Below, piece after piece: positions 31,171 to 41,103 of a DNA stretch of 42,185 bases. The stretch spans positions 1 through 42,185 of IMG/VR virus record IMGVR_UViG_3300043139_000001; one strand, given 5' to 3'. The notes beneath the pieces are model-generated. The model saw only the letters and a list, made by a program, of their open reading frames with translations, did no database searches and was not told the DNA's origin. The translations under genes and the position numbers were made by a program. Source of the DNA: a virus. The first letter of the stretch is position 1, and every line of letters begins with the position of its first letter.

Positions 31171-31964
31171 TGGCGAAACGGGACTACAGCTCCCAGGAAA
31201 TCGACCTGGCGCTCGCGGCCTTCGCACTCGAAGGTGGCCGCCAGAAGCCGACCGAGAAACTCCTCCGCTCGGCCGAGATCAAGGTGCCCTACGGCACCCT
31301 GCGCAGTTGGGCCTACGACGTCCACGCCGAGCGCTACCAGCAGATCCTTCTCGAAGTCGAACAGACGGTGCGCGCCCGCCTGGCCGACGACTACCACCGC
31401 CTCGCCCGCCGCAGCTCCGAGCTCGCCGAGGACGTCCTCGATCGCATCCGCGCCCTCTTCACGCGCAAGGACAAGGAACTCGCCGAAGTCGACGAGAAGC
31501 TCGAGGACGCCGAGGATCAGCTCCGCGAGCTCAACGCCCTGATCGACGTCGACCAGCGCCAGCTTGCCGAGACGCTCGAGATCCCCGACGCCGACGCGCT
31601 GATCGAGGAGATCCTCGGCGACCCCGGCGACGTCGAGCTCGACAAGGTCATGGTCGCCCGCCTCAACTCCAACTACAAGCGGCGCGAGGGCCTCGTCGCC
31701 GAGATGCAGGGCCTCTGGCGCCGGCGTGAGGGTCTCGAGGTCGGCTTCAAGGATCTCGCCAAGATCCTCCACGAGGCCGGCGTCATGGGCGGCATCGCGA
31801 CCGAAAAGCTCAACCTGCTCACCGGCAACGCGACCGACCGTGTCGAGCACAGCTTCCCCGAGTTGCAGCGGGCGCTCGCGGCGAAGGGCATCCGGCTCCT
31901 CCCCGGCCAGGGGCAGGCGAAGCCGATCCCCGTCAAGGAGCTGACGGCGGCTGCCGATGGTTGA
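31170..31964 (+). CDS. Terminase small subunit candidate
   Basis: GTG overlaps the upstream stop (TAGTG). Helical N-terminus followed by a coiled coil. Its 3' end overlaps the terL start by 8 nt. Assigned by position. Confidence 0.55.
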   Translation: MAKRDYSSQEIDLALAAFALEGGRQKPTEKLLRSAEIKVPYGTLRSWAYDVHAERYQQILLEVEQTVRARLADDYHRLARRSSELAEDVLDRIRALFTRKDKELAEVDEKLEDAEDQLRELNALIDVDQRQLAETLEIPDADALIEEILGDPGDVELDKVMVARLNSNYKRREGLVAEMQGLWRRREGLEVGFKDLAKILHEAGVMGGIATEKLNLLTGNATDRVEHSFPELQRALAAKGIRLLPGQGQAKPIPVKELTAAADG

Positions 31965-33561
31965 TCTCGGCGCGATCACTCCCGGCTTCGAGCTCGAGGT
32001 CGACGACCCGGCGCTGCTCGAGGACCCGGAGGTTCTCGACCTCCTCCACAAGATCAACGAGGCGGCCGAGGAAAACCCCCTCTACCGCTACGTGCCCCAC
32101 CCGCGGCAGAAGATCTTTCACGAGATCCGGGTGAAGACCAAAGCCTTCGTCGGCGGCAACCGCTCCGGCAAGTCCACCGCCACCGCCGTTGACTGCTTGA
32201 TCCAGGCGGTCGACGTCGAGGCGATCCCCCCCGAGCTGATGCCCTACCGGATCTGGCCGAAGGGGACGAAGTTCAAATGCCGCTTCATCACCCCCGACTA
32301 CGGCAAGCCCTTCCAATCGCTCGTCGAGGCGATCCAAGAGTGGGTGCCGCCGTCGCAGTTGAAGGGTGGCTCGTGGGAGAACGCCTACAAGGACAAGGAC
32401 CACATCCTCTACTTCGCCAACGGGTCTTTCTTCGACTTCATGACGACCGAACAGCCGGCTTCCAAGCACGGCGGCTCGGCCCGTCACCGCATCGTCTGGG
32501 ACGAGGAGCCGCCCGATACGGAAGAGGGCGAACGGATCTACAACCAGGCCCGGATGCGGATCGCCGACTACCACGGCGACATGCTCTGGGGCTTCACCCC
32601 GATCTCCGAAAAGCTCGGCTGGGTCTTCGACGAGATCCACGAGCAGGCGGTCGAAGAGGGCGAGCAGATCTCCGAGCGGGTGTGGCTCAACGAGGGCGAA
32701 GGGCTGCTCCTCGTGCAGGTGTCGATCTACGAGAACCCGCACATCGACGAAGAGGGCCGCGAAGACGCGATCGCCGGCATCCGCGGGGACCAGCGCGCCG
32801 CGGTGATCGAAGGCTCCTTCACCAACGCGAAAGGCTTGGTCTGGGAGGCGTTCGAGCCGCGGCCCGAGGATCACATCCACGTCGTGCCCGAGGAGTGGAT
32901 CGACAAGGAGCTCGTCGGCAACCTCGAACATCTCGACTCGATCGACCCCGGCCAGGTGCAGACGGCGATCCTCTTCGGCGGCGTCGACAAGCACAACCGG
33001 ATCGTGATCTACGACGAGCTTGCCCTCTCCGGCCGGGCCGCGGTCCCCGAGCAGGCGGCGGAAGCGATCGCCACCAAGCGCGAAGGCTGGGGCCTGCCCG
33101 AGGTCTGCAAGTACACGATCATCGACCCGGCCGCGCGCTCGAGGGACCTGGGCTCGGGCGAGCGCGTCGGCGAGCAATGGATCGCCGCCGGGGTGCCGGT
33201 GATCTACGGCAAGCACGACGTCGAGGCCGGCTGCATGGAGGTCGAACGCCGGCTGATCCACCACATCGACGGCGAGGACGGCAAGGAGCCCTTCCCGCTG
33301 ATCGTGATCTCCTCCCGCTGCACCAACCTCATCAAGCAGATGCGGAAATACCGCAAGAAGCCCAAGGAGGACGGCAGCTTCGGCGTGGTCAAGAAGGACG
33401 ACCACGCCTGCGACGCGCTCCGCTACCTGTGCATGGAGCGCCGCGTCCCCGTCAAGCGCAAACCTCGCCGCTCCCGGCAGCAAGCCTGGGTGCCCGGCAC
33501 CGCCCCGCCCTACAAACCAGCACCTCGTCGACGCGGCACCGTCATGGGCCGCTTCACCTGA
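31957..33561 (+). CDS. terL: Terminase large subunit
   Basis: Walker A GGNRSGKST, Walker B IVWDEEP, C-terminal nuclease motif KKDDHACDALRY. Confidence 0.9.
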   Translation: MVDLGAITPGFELEVDDPALLEDPEVLDLLHKINEAAEENPLYRYVPHPRQKIFHEIRVKTKAFVGGNRSGKSTATAVDCLIQAVDVEAIPPELMPYRIWPKGTKFKCRFITPDYGKPFQSLVEAIQEWVPPSQLKGGSWENAYKDKDHILYFANGSFFDFMTTEQPASKHGGSARHRIVWDEEPPDTEEGERIYNQARMRIADYHGDMLWGFTPISEKLGWVFDEIHEQAVEEGEQISERVWLNEGEGLLLVQVSIYENPHIDEEGREDAIAGIRGDQRAAVIEGSFTNAKGLVWEAFEPRPEDHIHVVPEEWIDKELVGNLEHLDSIDPGQVQTAILFGGVDKHNRIVIYDELALSGRAAVPEQAAEAIATKREGWGLPEVCKYTIIDPAARSRDLGSGERVGEQWIAAGVPVIYGKHDVEAGCMEVERRLIHHIDGEDGKEPFPLIVISSRCTNLIKQMRKYRKKPKEDGSFGVVKKDDHACDALRYLCMERRVPVKRKPRRSRQQAWVPGTAPPYKPAPRRRGTVMGRFT

Positions 33562-33571
33562 AAGGAACCCC

Positions 33572-33901
33572 TTGGACCCGAAACTTCTCACCCTGCCCGC
33601 CCACAACTCCAAGCCGCCGCACACGTGCGTCGTCACCGGCCGCCGCGATGGCGAGGTCGTCGACTTCGGCAAGGACTACGAGGGCACCGATCCGCACATC
33701 TACGTCCGCCGCGAGAAGGTCGAAGTCGCGGCCGAGAAGTGCGGGATGGTGCGCCAGGCCGCGGTCGACGAGCTCAAGGCCGAGCTCGAGGAGGCCAACG
33801 CCGAGGCCGGCCGGCTGCGGAAGATCGTCGCCGGCAAGGAAGCGCTGTCCGACGCGGAAGCGAAGCTTCGCGCGGCCCTGACCCCGGAGGAGACGAAATG
33901 A
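33572..33901 (+). CDS. Hypothetical 109-aa protein with a coiled-coil C-terminus
   Basis: TTG start preceded by GAAAGGAA. Confidence 0.55.
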   Translation: MDPKLLTLPAHNSKPPHTCVVTGRRDGEVVDFGKDYEGTDPHIYVRREKVEVAAEKCGMVRQAAVDELKAELEEANAEAGRLRKIVAGKEALSDAEAKLRAALTPEETK

Positions 33902-34290
33902 ACGGCACCCTGCTTGAGTCCGTAGAGCGCACCGCGACGACGTCGAGCGACGACGTCACGACCGGCGCCGGTACGCGCGGCGCGCTCATCACCCTCGACA
34001 TCACCAAAGCCCCCAACGCGAACGAAACGCTCACGTTGCAGGTCGAGGCCAAGGACCCCTCCTCGGGCAAGTACGTCCCGATCACCGCCTTCGCCGCCTC
34101 CAAAAAAGGCGAAGAACTCGGCGCCGGCACCACGCTCTGCTTCACCGTCTACCCCGGCGGTGCCGAGACGGCCGCCGTGGGGAACCACGAGGTACAGGCC
34201 CTCCCGCTGCCGCGTAGGTGGCGCGTCAAAGTGACGCACTCGGCGGCCGGGAAATGGACCTACAGCGTCGGCGTCTCGCCGCTCAACTAG
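33898..34290 (+). CDS. Hypothetical beta-rich 130-aa structural-module protein
   Basis: ATGA overlap with the upstream stop. This internal start was chosen within a longer ORF on the track. Confidence 0.6.
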   Translation: MNGTLLESVERTATTSSDDVTTGAGTRGALITLDITKAPNANETLTLQVEAKDPSSGKYVPITAFAASKKGEELGAGTTLCFTVYPGGAETAAVGNHEVQALPLPRRWRVKVTHSAAGKWTYSVGVSPLN

Positions 34291-34301
34291 GAGGGAAACA
34301 G

Positions 34302-34796
34302 ATGTCAGCTTCACGAATCACGATCAGGAGCGACGAGGCGACCTACGTGGCCGCCGACTCCCGCCATCCGGTCGAAGTCCTCAACGCCGCAGGCCGCGAC
34401 TGCTTTCACAAGAACGCGCCCGACGTCGACTCCGGCGACACCAAACTCGAACTCGGCAAATCGGTCGAACTGACCGAAGGCGCGTGGTTCGTCACCGCCG
34501 CCGGCTCGACCGAGCTCAACGTCCGCGAAATGGACAGCGTCCACGTCAACGACAATCTCTCCGTCGCCGGCACCGCCGTCGTCACCGGGGCCACGACGCT
34601 CTCCGGCGCCGCCACGGTCGGCGGCAAGCTCCACGCCGAAGGCGAAGTCGAAGTCGAGGGCGACATCAACCACGACGGGACCAAAGTGGGCTTCTTCGGC
34701 GTGGCTCCGGCGGAACGGCCGAACGTCAAACCGGCCGCCGAAGTCTCGGCGAAAGAACTCTGCGAAGCCCTCGAAAAACTCGGGCTCGTCCAGTAG
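34302..34796 (+). CDS. Hypothetical 164-aa protein with a short beta-helix-like repeat region
   Basis: ATG preceded by GGAGGGAAACAG. Contains LSVAGTAVVTGATTLSGAATVGGKLHAEGEVEVEGDI. Confidence 0.6.
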   Translation: MSASRITIRSDEATYVAADSRHPVEVLNAAGRDCFHKNAPDVDSGDTKLELGKSVELTEGAWFVTAAGSTELNVREMDSVHVNDNLSVAGTAVVTGATTLSGAATVGGKLHAEGEVEVEGDINHDGTKVGFFGVAPAERPNVKPAAEVSAKELCEALEKLGLVQ

Positions 34797-35155
34797 TGAT
34801 CGCGATCCTCGCAGCCACCCTCGGCCTCCTCGCGCTCCTTCTCTACGGAGAGTGGAGCGCGAGGCGCGACCGCCGCACGGCGGCCGCGGAGCTTGCCCGC
34901 AGCCGCGCGGAGACGGCCGCTGCGCGCGCCGAGCTGGCCGAGGAGCGCGAGAGGGCCGCCAAGGAGCGCCGGGAGCTCTACCAGCGCATCCAAGCCCCGG
35001 AGGTCGCCGTCGCCGACGCTGCGCTCGAGGCGCGACGGGAGCGGCCCTACGTGCCGCGTAAACCGATCGGTGCCGACGACGATGCCGCCTACCAGGCGCG
35101 CAGCGAGCGTCGCCAGGCCGAGCGGGCGGCCGAGGGCGAGGTAGAGAGTGGCTGA
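34796..35155 (+). CDS. N-terminally anchored coiled-coil protein
   Basis: GTG overlaps the upstream stop (TAGTG). TM segment IAILAATLGLLALLLY followed by an Arg/Glu/Ala-rich helix. Confidence 0.5.
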   Translation: MIAILAATLGLLALLLYGEWSARRDRRTAAAELARSRAETAAARAELAEERERAAKERRELYQRIQAPEVAVADAALEARRERPYVPRKPIGADDDAAYQARSERRQAERAAEGEVESG

Positions 35156-37334
35156 CGCCGTCGCCACCCCCGATCAGCAGAGCGGGGACGTCAAAGGCAA
35201 GGAAGTCGTCCCTACCGACGTCGAGGCGCGTCTCAAGCGCGGCCGCACCGGGCTCGAGGAAGTCGTCGCCCGCCGGCAGCTCGGCATCCGGTTCGCTAAC
35301 GGCAACCACTTCTCCGAGCTCGACGACACCGGCACCAAACTCACCGACATCTCGACGTCGGTAGCTGCGCAGGGCGGCGAAAAGCCCGACCACCGGGTGC
35401 GGCGATCGCACGACATCATCTCGCCGATGCTCAAGCGGAAGATCTCTTCCGCGACGCAGCGCGAACCGGAATGGGAGTCGACGGCGGTGACGTCGGACCC
35501 CGAGGACTACGCCGCCTCGAGGATCGCCATGCGGCTCGCCAAGGCCGGCTACGAACTGTGGGGCTTCCCCAACGCCGAGACGAAAGCCCTGTGGTGGGCG
35601 ATGGTGACGGAGGAAGCCTTCGGCCGCGCTGTCTGGAACGGCAACGTCGGCCCCTACATCGACGTCTCCCAGCACCCCGAAGCCGAAGTCGAGGAGCCGC
35701 CCGGCTCGGGTCAGTACCCCTACCGCGGGCAGCCCGACCCCGAAAACCCGCAGTTCCGCGGCCGTGGCGAGATCGAGCTCGTGATCTACTCCGGGCTCGA
35801 GGTTCTCTGGGAGCCCGGCGTCGACTTCGAGAAGAGCCGTTGGTACGCCGTCGAGCACGCGCGCTCGATCGAGGAGCTCGAAGACGAACCCGGCTTCCTC
35901 AAGGTCCCCAACGGCAAACTCCAACCCGACGCCGCCACCATCTCGAGCCGCAGCACGGCGCGGGAGAAGAAGGGCGCCAAGCTCGTAATCGTCACCGAAT
36001 ACTTCGAGCGCCCCTGTCCCAAGTACCCGAAAGGCCGCTGGGGCACCTACGCCGGGGGCCGCAAGATCTTCAAGGACGAGGACTACCCGATGGTCGACGG
36101 CAAAGGCCAGGTCGTCGACGTGCCTTGCCTGCGCCGGCTGATCTACGACGTCGACGGCGCCTCAGATCGCGCCCGCGGGCTCGTGCAGAAGATCGTCGAC
36201 GTCGTCCGCAGCTACGACCAGGCGATCAACAAGCAGTCGGAGTACAGCCAGATCGGCCTTGTCGCGCAGATCCTCGCCGCCGAGGGAGTGCTGCTCACCG
36301 ACCCGACCGACGAGCCCGGCCTCGTGCTCGAGTACGACCGCACCCTCGCCAACGGGGAAAAGCCCGAATGGCGCGAAAACATCCAGTTCCCCTCCGAGCT
36401 CTTCGAGATGGAAGACCGCGCCAAGCAGCGCTTCACCGACATCTCCTTCGACCAGGACATCCCCAACCAAGTCGAATCGGGGACGGCGATCAACTCGGTC
36501 GTCGAACTCTCCCGCGTCGCCTGGCAGAAGTTCGTCGACGACTTCGACCGCTTCCGCTCGGGCCTGATGTCCGACTGCCTCGTGATCGCCCAGCGCAAAT
36601 ACGGCGCCGACCGGATCTTGAAGTTCCGCGGCACGACGGGCTGGGAACCCGTAGGCGACTTCACCGGGGCCGACATCCGCGACCAAACCGACGTCGCCGT
36701 GAAGCAGTCGGCCGCCAACACGCAGACGCGCCAGCAGATCGAACAGCGGATCATGCAGCTCGTCCAGACCTTCCCCGGCGTCTTCCCGCCCGAGGTCGTG
36801 ATCGAGGCCCTCAACTCGGCCCACCCCGAGAAACTGATCCAGGGCTACGAAGAGGACATCGGCCGCGCCCACCGCGTGATCGAGCAGCTCCGCGACGGCA
36901 CCTTCTGGAACCAGCCGATGCGCCCGGCGCTGCCCGGCGAGGAAGTGCTCGAGGAAATCGGCGGCGACCCGACGCTGCCGCTCGGCGAACGTGGCGGCCG
37001 CCCGATGGTCCCCGGTTGGCTGCCGCGCCCGTTCGACTCCCTGCCGGTCCTCAAATCGGCGATCGAGAACTGGATGAAGACCGACGATTGGGATCGCTCC
37101 CCGCGCAAGGTCAAGGACGCCTCGCTCTTCTACTACCAAAAGCTGCTCGACCTCGAAACGCAGGCCAAGGTCCGCGAAGAAGAAGTGCAGACGCAGGTTG
37201 CCGAAGAACAGGGGATGGTGAACGCGGGCAAGGAACCCGAACCCAAGCCCTCGCCGTCCCTCCCCGGCGGCGGCCCGGCCCCCGGCGGCACTCAGCCAGG
37301 CGAAGAAGGCCCTGGCCCCGGCGCGGCCGAATAA
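35148..37334 (+). CDS. Portal protein candidate (728 aa)
   Basis: Largest gene between terL and the scaffold/capsid pair. The size and order fit a portal. Assigned by synteny. Confidence 0.7.
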   Translation: MADAVATPDQQSGDVKGKEVVPTDVEARLKRGRTGLEEVVARRQLGIRFANGNHFSELDDTGTKLTDISTSVAAQGGEKPDHRVRRSHDIISPMLKRKISSATQREPEWESTAVTSDPEDYAASRIAMRLAKAGYELWGFPNAETKALWWAMVTEEAFGRAVWNGNVGPYIDVSQHPEAEVEEPPGSGQYPYRGQPDPENPQFRGRGEIELVIYSGLEVLWEPGVDFEKSRWYAVEHARSIEELEDEPGFLKVPNGKLQPDAATISSRSTAREKKGAKLVIVTEYFERPCPKYPKGRWGTYAGGRKIFKDEDYPMVDGKGQVVDVPCLRRLIYDVDGASDRARGLVQKIVDVVRSYDQAINKQSEYSQIGLVAQILAAEGVLLTDPTDEPGLVLEYDRTLANGEKPEWRENIQFPSELFEMEDRAKQRFTDISFDQDIPNQVESGTAINSVVELSRVAWQKFVDDFDRFRSGLMSDCLVIAQRKYGADRILKFRGTTGWEPVGDFTGADIRDQTDVAVKQSAANTQTRQQIEQRIMQLVQTFPGVFPPEVVIEALNSAHPEKLIQGYEEDIGRAHRVIEQLRDGTFWNQPMRPALPGEEVLEEIGGDPTLPLGERGGRPMVPGWLPRPFDSLPVLKSAIENWMKTDDWDRSPRKVKDASLFYYQKLLDLETQAKVREEEVQTQVAEEQGMVNAGKEPEPKPSPSLPGGGPAPGGTQPGEEGPGPGAAE

Positions 37335-37352
37335 CACACTTACCCGGAACAA

Positions 37353-37370
37353 GGGGATCGGCAGATCCCC
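37353..37370 (+). other. Hairpin between the portal and scaffold genes
   Basis: ggggatc-ggca-gatcccc. No T-run follows. Possible attenuator or processing site. Confidence 0.35.
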
Positions 37371-37434
37371 CTCCGTCTAAACAGTGGACAAGCGCTCCCG
37401 AGCGCCCCACACACACCAAAGGAGTCAATCACCG

Positions 37435-38409
37435 ATGAAAGATCAGCCCTCCGGCTTCGACCGGAACAAGGCCGTATCTGACACCCTCCCGATGCTCGAC
37501 GAGATCCTTGCGATCGCGCCGAGTCTCGAAGCCAACTGGCCGGCGGAAGCCGCGGCCATGCCTCCGGGGACGCTCGTTAACCGAGCCGAGCCGGGCGCGG
37601 GTCCGGCAGCAGTCGAGCCCGGTGGTGAGGGAGAGCCCGGCGGCGGTGCTGAGCCCGGCTCTGAGGAGGAGTTTCTTGGCTCCTTCGACCTCAACAACGT
37701 CCCGCCCGAGGCCCGCCCCCACGTGGAGGCCCTGCAAAAAGAGTGGCAGGGTCAGTACACGCAGCGGCGACAAGCCGAGAGCGCCGAAGTTGCTGAGGCC
37801 AGGCGTGAAGCCGAACAGTCGCAGGCCCTCATCGAAGGGCTGCGCGACCCCGCAACGATGCCCCACTACCTGCAACTCATGGGGATCGACCTGTCGGACC
37901 CGCAGACGCTCGAGCTCCTCGGAGTTCAGGCGCCCGCGCGGGGCGGCGGGGAGGTCGACGACGAGTTGCGTCAGTTGCTCGAAGAGGGCGACGAGGACGA
38001 GCTCGAGGCTCGCCTCGCCACTCTCGAGGGAGAGCGGCAGACGGAAAAGCAGGAGAGGGAAGCCGCGGAAGTCGAGCAGGCGCTCGACGACCTGGCTGAC
38101 ACCGAACTCGAGAGGATCGAGGGCGAGTGGGGCCGCGAGCTGGACGAGTACGAGGACGCCATCATCCGCCAGCGAGCGGAGGCGACCCCCGGCCCGGACG
38201 GCTTGCCCGACTACGAGGCTGCGGCCGCCCTGCTCAAGGGGTGGCTGGCCCAGCGCGAGCAGCAATGGGCCGAGCAGCGTTCGCAGCCGGGACGTGGGGC
38301 ACCGGGTGGTAGGCCCGGCGGCAAGGCGCTCGACGTCAACAAAGATGAGGACCGCGCCGAGATCGGGCTCGCATCAGCCGAAGCGGCGTTGGCCTCGCTC
38401 AACGACTAG
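37435..38409 (+). CDS. Scaffolding protein candidate
   Basis: ATG preceded by AAAGGAG. 324 aa, very acidic, with long E/R/Q/A helices. Lies between the portal and capsid genes. Confidence 0.6.
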   Translation: MKDQPSGFDRNKAVSDTLPMLDEILAIAPSLEANWPAEAAAMPPGTLVNRAEPGAGPAAVEPGGEGEPGGGAEPGSEEEFLGSFDLNNVPPEARPHVEALQKEWQGQYTQRRQAESAEVAEARREAEQSQALIEGLRDPATMPHYLQLMGIDLSDPQTLELLGVQAPARGGGEVDDELRQLLEEGDEDELEARLATLEGERQTEKQEREAAEVEQALDDLADTELERIEGEWGRELDEYEDAIIRQRAEATPGPDGLPDYEAAAALLKGWLAQREQQWAEQRSQPGRGAPGGRPGGKALDVNKDEDRAEIGLASAEAALASLND

Positions 38410-38417
38410 GAGCTCTG

Positions 38418-39626
38418 ATGCAGAACGCAACGGCCTTCCGGGCCGTCATGAAGGACACGTTCTTGTCGGACTCGATCGAGAACTCGGTCTTCGTAGGAAG
38501 CCCGCTGCTCGATCAGTTCGTCAAACTCACCCCCGAGGGCGAAAACGGTGACACTTGCCGCGTCGCCGTCCGTACCGGGCTCTCGGGTGGCTACTCGGCG
38601 GTGTCCCGTAACGGTTCCTCGGAACTGAACGAAGGCACCAACATCGTCACCAAGCGGGCGGACTACCTCTACTCGCACAACTGGTTCGACGTCATCATCG
38701 AGTCGGCCGTGATCGACGAATCGGCAACGTCTGCCCTGGCTCTGTCCAAGGGGGTCGAGGCCGAGCGGACGGGTGCGGTCGACGGCATCAAGCGGCAGTT
38801 GCAGCGCGGGCTGTTCTCGGACGGCTCGGGCATCATCTGCTCGCTGGAAGACAGCGAAGGTGCGGTCACGACCTTCACGCTCGACTCCACCGGGAAAGGG
38901 GCCTTGAAGCGCGGGCACCTGTACCCGGGCCTCAAGGTCGACATCGGCACCAAAGCCGCCGAGGACGAAAAAGGCGACAAGCGGGAAATCACGGCCGTCT
39001 CCGTCAAAAACGGAACGATCACGATCTCCGGCGCCGCCTTCGACACCGAAGAAGACGGCAAATTCTTCGTCTCGATCGCCAACGCGCGTGACGGTGAAGA
39101 ATCCTTCGAGGTCGACGGGTTGCTGGCGATGCTCAGCGACGAAGTCGCCTACGGAGGCATCGACCCCGCCGAAGTGCCGTCCTGGGCGGCGTTCATCGAC
39201 GACACCGCGCAGGACGTGTCGACGTCCCTCGTCTACGAGCTCGAAGACGAAGTCTTCCAGAGCTCCGGCGAGGAGCCGGATTGGTGCATCTCCTCCGCGA
39301 AGCAGATCCGCATCCTGAGTGAAGAACTCCAGGCGCAGGTCCGCTTCAACGCCGGAGACAGCTACAACACCGGCAAGCGCAACGGGCTCACCACCCCGCA
39401 GGGCACTCCGATCGAGCGTCACTTCGACTGCCCCGATCGGTGCCTGTTCATGCTCAAGAAATCGGACCTCGGTTCGATTCGGAGCAAGCAGGGTCCGCAG
39501 TGGGCGAGCTCGGAGATGATCCGCTACATCGAGGGAACCACGCACTACCGCGGTGCCCTCTACTGGCGGCTCAACTCCGCGCTGACGCGGCGCAACACCC
39601 ACGCGGCCGCGACCGCGCTCAACTAG
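38418..39626 (+). CDS. Major capsid protein candidate (HK97-fold expected)
   Basis: 402 aa directly after the scaffold-like gene, preceded by AGGAGC, and followed by a strong terminator. Assigned by synteny and size. Confidence 0.75.
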   Translation: MQNATAFRAVMKDTFLSDSIENSVFVGSPLLDQFVKLTPEGENGDTCRVAVRTGLSGGYSAVSRNGSSELNEGTNIVTKRADYLYSHNWFDVIIESAVIDESATSALALSKGVEAERTGAVDGIKRQLQRGLFSDGSGIICSLEDSEGAVTTFTLDSTGKGALKRGHLYPGLKVDIGTKAAEDEKGDKREITAVSVKNGTITISGAAFDTEEDGKFFVSIANARDGEESFEVDGLLAMLSDEVAYGGIDPAEVPSWAAFIDDTAQDVSTSLVYELEDEVFQSSGEEPDWCISSAKQIRILSEELQAQVRFNAGDSYNTGKRNGLTTPQGTPIERHFDCPDRCLFMLKKSDLGSIRSKQGPQWASSEMIRYIEGTTHYRGALYWRLNSALTRRNTHAAATALN

Positions 39627-39632
39627 CAGCTC

Positions 39633-39663
39633 GAGGGGCGCCCCATCGACCGGGGCGCCCCTC
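39633..39663. terminator. Bidirectional terminator hairpin between the capsid gene and a convergent gene
   Basis: gaggggcgcccc-atcgacc-ggggcgcccctc is a perfect 12-bp stem, followed by ttctg. Confidence 0.6.
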
Positions 39664-39670
39664 TTCTGCG

Positions 39671-39997
39671 TCACGCCGGGTTGTCGCGTCGCAGCATCTT
39701 GAGCGCGCGGGCCTTCGCGTCCTTGCGTTTGCGGTGCCGGCGCATCGTCTTCATATCGGGCTTCCACGCCTTCGGCTTGCCGCTCCTCGAGCCCTTGCCG
39801 TAGCCGCGGTAGATGAAGCTCGCGAAGTAGCCCTTCGGGTCGTCGTCGGTCTGATCGGCCCGCTCCGTCGTCCAGCAGTACATGTTGCCGTTGGCTCCCT
39901 GGAAGTAACGGTAAGAGGGGGCGGCGGAAACCGCTCCCATTTCCCGCATGAACTGGTTGAGCCGCTCGACGATTGCCGGGTTCACTTCCTCGCTCAT
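39671..39997 (-). CDS. Hypothetical 108-aa protein with a basic C-terminus, encoded antisense within the structural region
   Basis: ATG 39997 preceded by CAACCGAAGGGAGCACAC, the same leader as the leftward-operon genes. I shortened the 302-aa ORF on the track. Confidence 0.65.
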   Translation of the reverse strand: MSEEVNPAIVERLNQFMREMGAVSAAPSYRYFQGANGNMYCWTTERADQTDDDPKGYFASFIYRGYGKGSRSGKPKAWKPDMKTMRRHRKRKDAKARALKMLRRDNPA

Positions 39998-40017
39998 GTG
40001 TGCTCCCTTCGGTTGGG

Positions 40018-40029
40018 TGTGAGTACACA
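40018..40029 (-). promoter_or_regulatory. Degenerate GTGTAC-type motif in the leader of the antisense gene
   Basis: The minus strand reads aaATGTGTACTCACacccaaccgaaggg. It lies in a comparatively AT-rich 153-nt divergent spacer. Confidence 0.3.
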
Positions 40030-40150
40030 TTTTCTCAAACGCACTTTTCACTCCCGACCGCCTCACGCACGGACTTCTGAAAGTGAAGTGTGTGTTTTGC
40101 AGGCTTTCTAAAAATTGCTTGACACCGAAATCACCAAAAGGAGGCACACG

Positions 40151-40501
40151 ATGTTTGTTGCCCTGCTCCTCGCCGCCCTGGCGGCTATCGGGATCTCCCG
40201 CGTACAGGCTCCTCGGGTGCCCGGCGCTGAGAAGCGCACCGTCACCCGCATCACCTTCGACAACAGCTACCCGACCGGGGGAGAGGTCGTCGCCCCCGAG
40301 GATCTCGGGTTGCAGCGCGTCGTCTTCGCGCAGGCCGAGGTCGTCCACGGCAGCGAATCTGCCGAACTCCTCGTGACCAACGCCGATTACGACGTCGCCA
40401 ACGAAAAGCTCAAGTTGCTCGACGCGAAAACCGGGAAAGAGCTGGCCGACACCAAAGACGCCTCCAAAGTCGTCGTGCAGGTCGTCGCCTGGGGCAGCTA
40501 G
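40151..40501 (+). CDS. Hypothetical 116-aa structural-module protein with an N-terminal hydrophobic segment
   Basis: ATG preceded by AAAAGGAGG. I shortened the ORF on the track. Confidence 0.6.
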   Translation: MFVALLLAALAAIGISRVQAPRVPGAEKRTVTRITFDNSYPTGGEVVAPEDLGLQRVVFAQAEVVHGSESAELLVTNADYDVANEKLKLLDAKTGKELADTKDASKVVVQVVAWGS

Positions 40502-40505
40502 GCCG

Positions 40506-41102
40506 ATGCCTGTTACCCCCTCCGGGCTCCACGTCCCCGTCAGCCGCGAGGAGCGTCTGCGGGCGATCGACGCCCTCACCGAGAAGATGGAGACGGGCGA
40601 GCCCGGAGGGGAGGCCCTCGAGCGCGAGCTGCGTCAGATCGACGATCGCATTCGGGTGGTCAAGATCGCCGAGCGGGCCGGCGAGCTGCATCCGCGGAGC
40701 CGCGCCCCCGGCGTGATCCCCGGCCGCTGGCACGTCAAGCTGCTCACGCGCCCCAGGAACGCCTACTTCGCCCTCTGCGGTCCTGATTGGGCCTATGCGG
40801 AGCCCGACCTCTATTGGGTCGAGAAGTTCAAGGCGGCCGACCTCTGGCGCAACGGCGCGCTCGAGGAGCTCCGCAAGGGCGAAGAGGACGAGGAGCGCGC
40901 CCGAGCTCGCGCCGCCCTGACCGAGAGCGAGGGGCGCCAGGACAACATCGCTGCCGACTGGCGGGCGCTCAAGCGGGTCCGCGGCGACGGCAGCCTCGAT
41001 CGCCGCACCGATCGTCGCGACGCCCCCCACGTTCCCTACGCGGGCGGGGTGAGCTTCCCGAAGACGTCCGACTCGGGGCTTGTACTCCCGGCGGGGGCCT
41101 GA
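40506..41102 (+). CDS. Hypothetical 198-aa protein
   Basis: ATG 4 nt after the upstream stop. No family recognised. Confidence 0.6.
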   Translation: MPVTPSGLHVPVSREERLRAIDALTEKMETGEPGGEALERELRQIDDRIRVVKIAERAGELHPRSRAPGVIPGRWHVKLLTRPRNAYFALCGPDWAYAEPDLYWVEKFKAADLWRNGALEELRKGEEDEERARARAALTESEGRQDNIAADWRALKRVRGDGSLDRRTDRRDAPHVPYAGGVSFPKTSDSGLVLPAGA

Positions 41103-41103
41103 C

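Noticed and set aside
31933-33672. Long antisense or alternative-frame ORFs over terL. The same applies to 978..2306, 13858..15426, 32277..33881, 34311..35924, 35471..37438, 38406..40028 and 24903..25610.
   Set aside because: All have shadow-ORF composition and overlap genes with recognisable motifs or coupled starts. I have no independent support for overprinting.
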